This document shows positions 62,674-64,000 of a DNA stretch of 64,000 nucleotides, one piece after another. Numbering within the stretch: the stretch's first letter is position 1; every line of letters begins with the position of its first letter. Source of the DNA: Centroscyllium fabricii (taxonomy: Eukaryota). Position numbers and translations under genes: made by a program. The notes under the pieces were generated by a model. That model was given only the letters and a program-made list of their open reading frames with translations, was not told where the DNA came from and did not search any database. The stretch is from positions 382,974,001-383,038,000 of the forward strand of contig JBNRSN020000001.1 in NCBI GenBank assembly GCA_051313645.2, given 5' to 3'.

Positions 62674-64000
62674 TGTGGTAATCATATTACCATTGTATAT
62701 AGTTGGGTTACACTACAGACCAGCATGTATAGTGGCTGGGTGCACTGTATATAGTATTGTATAAGGACACTGTCGCGAGGTCAGGTCAGCCACACCTCTA
62801 ACTCCTCCCCTCAGGTGGGAGCCTTATAGGTGAGGTCTGACCTGCCCCCATTCATTCTGTACTCGATGTTCGACTGGAGACGAGCTCCATTCTTAAGTGA
62901 TTAAAAGCCTATAGTTAAGGTAACTACTCGTCTTTGTCTTATTGACGATACGTCAATTTTAATCACTTAAATTTTTCGAAATGGAGAGCGGCGCTGTGAA
63001 ACCCGAAAAGCTGGATATTAATCCACAGGAACCAGACGCCGCCAACACGTTTGAACATTGGTTCGGCCTAGTTGAGGCTCACATGGCGGCTGCCAAGGCG
63101 ACGACCGACGGGGACAAATTACACATCCTCTCGTCCAGGATCACCAGCCGGGTGTACTCCTTCATCCGCGGCATCACAACGTACGCAGAGGCCGTGGAGA
63201 ACCTGAAGGCATGCTACGTGCGCCCGGTCCACTCGGTCTATGCCTGACACGTGCTGGCGACCAGACAACAGCGGCTCGGTGAGTCGAACGAACAGTATCT
63301 GTGGTGCTTCAAGCCCTCGCCCGGGCCTGTGACTGCCAGCCACGAACGGCGCAGGAGGAGACGAATCTCCTCGTTCAAGACGCCTACGTGACGGGAATCA
63401 AGTCCAGCCAGGCCCCCCAGCGGTTGCTGGAAAAAGACACTTTATCACTGGAGGAGGCGATCTCCATCTCTAACGCAGTGGATGGAGCACGCCGCAGGCT
63501 AGAGGCGTATAGCGGCCAAGGCCCACAAGACACCCTCGATCCCTGGGCGGCCCCACGACAGGTCGAGAACCCCACAATGGCAGCAGCAGCTGCGAAGACG
63601 CCGTTGGACAGAAAATGTTACTTCTGCGGCCAGGGACAGCATCCGCGAGCGAAATGCCCCACGAGGACCGCGACCTGTGAGAGATGTGGCAAAAAGGGTC
63701 ACTACACCAGGGCCTGCAAATCGGCCCCAGCGCCCAGCTCCAGACACAACAGCGCGGCCTACGAGAGCTCCAACGTCATCCCATGGCCTAAGGTAAGCTG
63801 CTGTTGCAGCGCGACCCAGCAGCGGTCCGGGGGTAGATTACAGGCGCCCCCGTCTGCCACCCCTATACGGCAGAGGCCGGTCGCGCACACGGCACGGGCA
63901 CGGCCACGCCAAAGACGGCCGCGGCCGGCCAGGGGCGACCCCCCAACGCCGGCACCTTGCCCAGCGCGGTCCGCTGCATGTGAATCACTGGCGCCGCCAA
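62674..64000 (+). mobile_element. Gypsy element C, 5' part: LTR 62674-62955 and disrupted gag from 62981; runs off the window
   Basis: Gag MESGAVKPEKLDI is homologous to element B. Stop at 63245 and a frameshift. Knuckles CYFCGQGQHPRAKC and CERCGKKGHYTRAC. Confidence 0.93.

Overview
This is eukaryotic DNA made almost entirely of transposons. The repeat families (V-domain SINEs with CR1-type tails, CR1 LINEs, Penelope repeats with hammerhead cores) point to a cartilaginous fish, probably a shark. I could not identify a host protein-coding gene. The window holds: two full-length CsRn1/Kabuki-type Gypsy elements with a tRNA-Trp PBS; five internal-bearing copies and three solo LTRs of a second, double-zinc-knuckle Gypsy lineage; several PIF/Harbinger DNA transposons, one with an intact intron-containing transposase; Tc1/mariner-type MITEs; nested CR1 LINEs; and SINEs. 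The main observation concerns the second Gypsy lineage. All four copies whose 5' LTR/internal junction is visible lack a tRNA primer-binding site. In its place, 1 nt after the LTR, is a 12-14 nt sequence perfectly complementary to the segment of their own LTR that contains the poly(A) signal. The two partner sequences co-vary between families. This fits a tRNA-independent self-priming system, or poly(A)-signal masking, and its inferred geometry differs from the Tf1 model. All coordinates, splice models and TSDs were read by eye, and no database searches were run.
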